DNA of 64,000 bases from Blepharisma stoltei ATCC 30299 (taxonomy: Eukaryota > Protista > Ciliophora). A model generated the notes under the pieces. The model had not been told where the DNA came from, ran no database searches, and worked only from the letters and a program-made list of their open reading frames with translations. A program made the position numbers and the translations under genes. The stretch spans positions 248,001 through 312,000 of the forward strand of contig CBFDEM010000014.1 of NCBI GenBank assembly GCA_965603825.1, in the 5' to 3' direction. Within the stretch, counting starts at the first letter, position 1; each line of letters opens with the position of its first letter. Shown one piece after another: positions 61,445 through 64,000 of the stretch.

Positions 61445-63503
61445 TTAATCTTCTTCATCCTCTTCCTCCTCTTTCTCCTCCTCCTCTTCTCCTTCTTCTT
61501 CTTCTTCCTCTTCATCCTCTTCTTCTTCCTCTTCTTCTTGTAGCCACTCTACAAACGGAGCCATCTACTTAGCAGATACCTGAGCTTTCAAATCATCTGA
61601 CTGTGTTTCATTGTACCAATTGATAATCGCTTCTTCATTAATTACATCAGCCTCATAAAGCACTTTAACAATCCAATTAAATTGACTTTTGCAGCTTAAA
61701 TTTTGAATATGGCTTTCTATTTCCCTGATTGTTTGCGATTTTTCATGCTCACTTCTCACATAAATTTCCAAAATCCCTTTCCATTTCTTGATGTGTCCTG
61801 CTGGTTTTACAGGGGCTGTGTCCAGAATTCCTTTCACAATCCCTGTTATGCAGTTTTCAAAGCTTTGGTTTGCAGAAAATTTCAATGAATTAATTTCGAC
61901 CTTTACATTTTCTACATCATCATCCCTTTCTATGGCTTCAGCTACCATTTGTGTAATTTCTTCAATAAAATCTATCATAAACCTTACGTTCTTTGCTCAT
62001 TCCCTTCTGAGGAATTATGATTTCGCCTTCGTCTGAGCTTTCATCAGACTCGCTTTGCTCTTCTTCAGATTCAAGCCAATAGAATTTCCCACCTATGCAC
62101 TGTCCTTCTATTTTTTTAGCAGTCAAAGATTCATGAAGCTCTGGGTCAAGTTCTCTATTAAAAATAAAGCCTTTTCCTAAATCAGTTCCCTCATCTGATT
62201 TTTCATATTTTTTATGGTGAGAGTCATACTTATATAGAGAAACTCTAGCAGTTTCAGGAATAACTGTGTCTTCGTTCAAAACCACATCTTTGCAGATAAT
62301 GCTGCCTCGAAGGAGTCTCGAATTTTTTCCGATATCAGCATTCGTGCATATAATGGCATGAGAAATTACGCAGCCATCTTCTACAAGTACATTATCTCAT
62401 ATATAAGAATGCTCAATAGTCACCCCGTTTCCTATTATGCAGCCCCTTCCTATAACGCTACCCGTTATGTGAGTTTTGTCTCCTATTTTTGTTCCACTTC
62501 CAATCGCTGTAGGCGGGTCTATAGTTGATGTGTGCCCTATTTGTACTTTATCTTCTTTATAAATACTATTCCTGCTACATTTATAGCAAGTGGGAGTGGT
62601 AGGAGGAATTAGGTTTGTTGACAAGCAGACGGGGTGCATTCATCTATTCATGATATCTCTTGAAATCGCATCATAAACCTGCGGGACCTTTACTTGGGCT
62701 AGATATTGATGCTTAGGAATCACATATGCTGCAAATTTGTCTGAGTAGATTTCTGAAGTAATCAGATCCTTCATTAAATGGTCTCTTAAATCATGGTAGT
62801 CAAAGCTGTCAGAGAAATAATGCAAAACATCGTGAGAGCAGATGTTGATTCCGGTGTCGACTAAATCATAGCGAACTTTGAACTGTCTCGCTGCTTTGAA
62901 TTTTATGTTGCTGTTCATTTTAGCTTGGGAGCAGCCTGAAATGCAGTCGTATTGGAGGATTTGATCTTGGTCGAGGACTACAACAGTTTGATCTTCCTCA
63001 GTCCTCAATGGGCTATCTACTCTTTCTTCTTTAAAAACCTTGGTTAAGATAAATTCTTTGTTTTCGTGACGAAGTTCTTTGTGCTTATTGATTGCGTCTT
63101 GCAAGTTAGCATTCCCTACACAGTCTGCAAAAAGTAATAGAAAATCTTTGCGAATGATTTGTTTTGCATCCAATTCTCTGAAGACATCACCAAGACTTTT
63201 GCAGGAAGGCTGATAAAGAGGGATTACTTGAAAGTGGGAATAGTGCTGAGATTCAATATAATCAAGCACTTGCTGAGCGTGAGAGCAGCAAAAGATGTAA
63301 ATCTTTTTGATTTTATTGAGAGCTAATAGTTCAAGGGTGTATTCAATCATTGGAATATTGCAGAGTGGAATTAGAGCTTTCGGAGTATCATTAGTTATAG
63401 GCCAAAATGCACGTGTGAAGCTGTCAGCTACCATGACTGCGACTATTTCATCTTTTTCTTTGATTTCATCACCTGCTTGGGAATGCTCTGAAGGTTTAGA
63501 CAT
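61445..63503 (-). CDS. EIF2B5: Translation initiation factor eIF2B subunit epsilon; 2 introns, 2 UGA-Trp
   Basis: ADSFTRAFWPIT..PKALIPL, SFDY, IMNRW (TGA 62640), left-handed beta-helix repeats, W2 domain EINSLKFS..LYEADVINEEAIINW..PFVEWLQEEE. Confidence 0.93.
61565..61579 (-). other. 15-nt intron GTATCTGCTAAGTAG
   Basis: Removal adds the conserved FVEWL W2 terminus. Confidence 0.9.
61972..61987 (-). other. 16-nt intron GTAAGGTTTATGATAG
   Basis: Removal resolves the frame change between two track ORFs (SKEH-FIEEI). Confidence 0.88.
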
Positions 63504-63583
63504 TTATATTATATCAAGACTTAAAGATTAGTATGTAATCTTAAGAGACTTAAAAAATAATATATATAAGATTGCACAAGATA

Positions 63584-63688
63584 TGCTATGCCTAAATCTA
63601 TCCAATTCAAGCTTTGGACTAATTTATAGAGCATAGGTGAATCTCATGCTCTCTGTCAAAATTGGGTAAGTTAGGCTAAATTAGCACA
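63584..63688 (+). ncRNA. Candidate structured RNA (nested multi-stem hairpin ending in ACA)
   Basis: Four nested stems: TGCTA/TAGCA, GCCTAA/TTAGGC, TATCCAATT/AATTGGGTA, AGAGCAT/ATGCTCT. Confidence 0.35.
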
Positions 63689-63694
63689 AAATGC

Positions 63695-64000
63695 TTAATT
63701 TTCAATAATATTTAGCCACTCTTGATCAGGTTCAAATGGGCCTGGCTCTCCCTCAATCCTTAAAATTTCTACAAACCTCCTTCCTCTGATTGCCTTATCC
63801 AGCGCTAAAAATTTTGTTGATTGTGTTTGTGCTAAAAATCTTACATGCATATGCGACGCAAATCAATATTTCGGTTTTAAATGGTCCAAAAGCATTTTAC
63901 CCGCAGGACTTCCCAATGACCCAATTCTTATTTCATCTTTCAAAAAAGGTTTAATTTTTAGCAACTCTTCTGTATTTCCATGTCGATAAATTCCTCTCGG
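63695..64000 (-). CDS. DBR1: RNA lariat debranching enzyme, 3' part (5' end outside the window; missing from the ORF track)
   Basis: PRGIYRHGN..LLKIKPF..LGSPA..LKPKYWFASHMHV (W=TGA 63863)..TKFLALDK..DQEWLNII. Confidence 0.9.

Noticed and set aside
61448-61540. GAA/GAG-rich repeat as a microsatellite
   Set aside because: It encodes the acidic tail of eIF2B-epsilon
61962-61990. Programmed frameshift in eIF2B-epsilon
   Set aside because: Explained by a consensus 16-nt intron
978-63531. Numerous short antisense or overlapping track ORFs (for example 10288-10530, 17004-17483, 27134-27541, 34074-34502, 56036-56395)
   Set aside because: Ser/Phe/Leu-rich shadows of real genes on the other strand or frame
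63571-63672. U1 snRNA (ACTTACC on the - strand, ATTGCAC on the + strand)
   Set aside because: The two motifs are on opposite strands and no U1-70K loop was found
1-64000. Fragmented ORFs as pseudogenes, or TGA as Sec/Cys
   Set aside because: Frames stay open, catalytic motifs are intact, and the TGAs align to conserved Trp
1-64000. Mycoplasma or mitochondrial origin (also UGA=Trp); CRISPR arrays, transposases, tRNA/rRNA
   Set aside because: Gene content is nuclear eukaryotic with spliceosomal introns; none of these elements was recognisable by eye

Overview
This is a gene-dense, AT-rich eukaryotic window, not prokaryotic. It has two diagnostic traits. First, more than 50 in-frame TGA codons are read through, many at invariant Trp positions, while TAA/TAG terminate, so UGA=Trp. 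Second, it has 14 spliceosomal introns of only 15 nt (13) or 16 nt (1), all GTA...AG with an A at position 10. This combination fits the macronuclear genome of a Blepharisma-like heterotrich ciliate (inference). The supplied ORF track fragments most genes. Re-reading with UGA=Trp and tiny introns gives 42 genes (two truncated by the window edges), two of them absent from the track (UXT, DBR1). Recognisable products are a CNB-domain protein, RING protein, OB-fold protein, ERICH3-like, VAMP7, SLC35F6-like, TAF13, C2-like/GAR protein, a giant GBP, CCDC6-like, a methyltransferase, a Cid1-type nucleotidyltransferase, a CNBD K+ channel head-to-head with a membrane PDE, a 2228-aa IQ/EF-hand calpain, two alpha-carbonic anhydrases (one acatalytic), LITAF, BiP, an FBA lectin, HSF, DYRK, a CBM-like/PP2C fusion, WDR17, ZnT9-like and eIF2B-epsilon. 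The best leads are: a possible dual Trp/stop use of UGA within one gene; a carbohydrate-binding-module/PP2C fusion; a channel with a GIGYG filter paired with a PDE across a 22-bp spacer; a truncated DBR1; and three intergenic structured-RNA candidates. All assignments come from manual translation and recalled motifs; no database searches were run.
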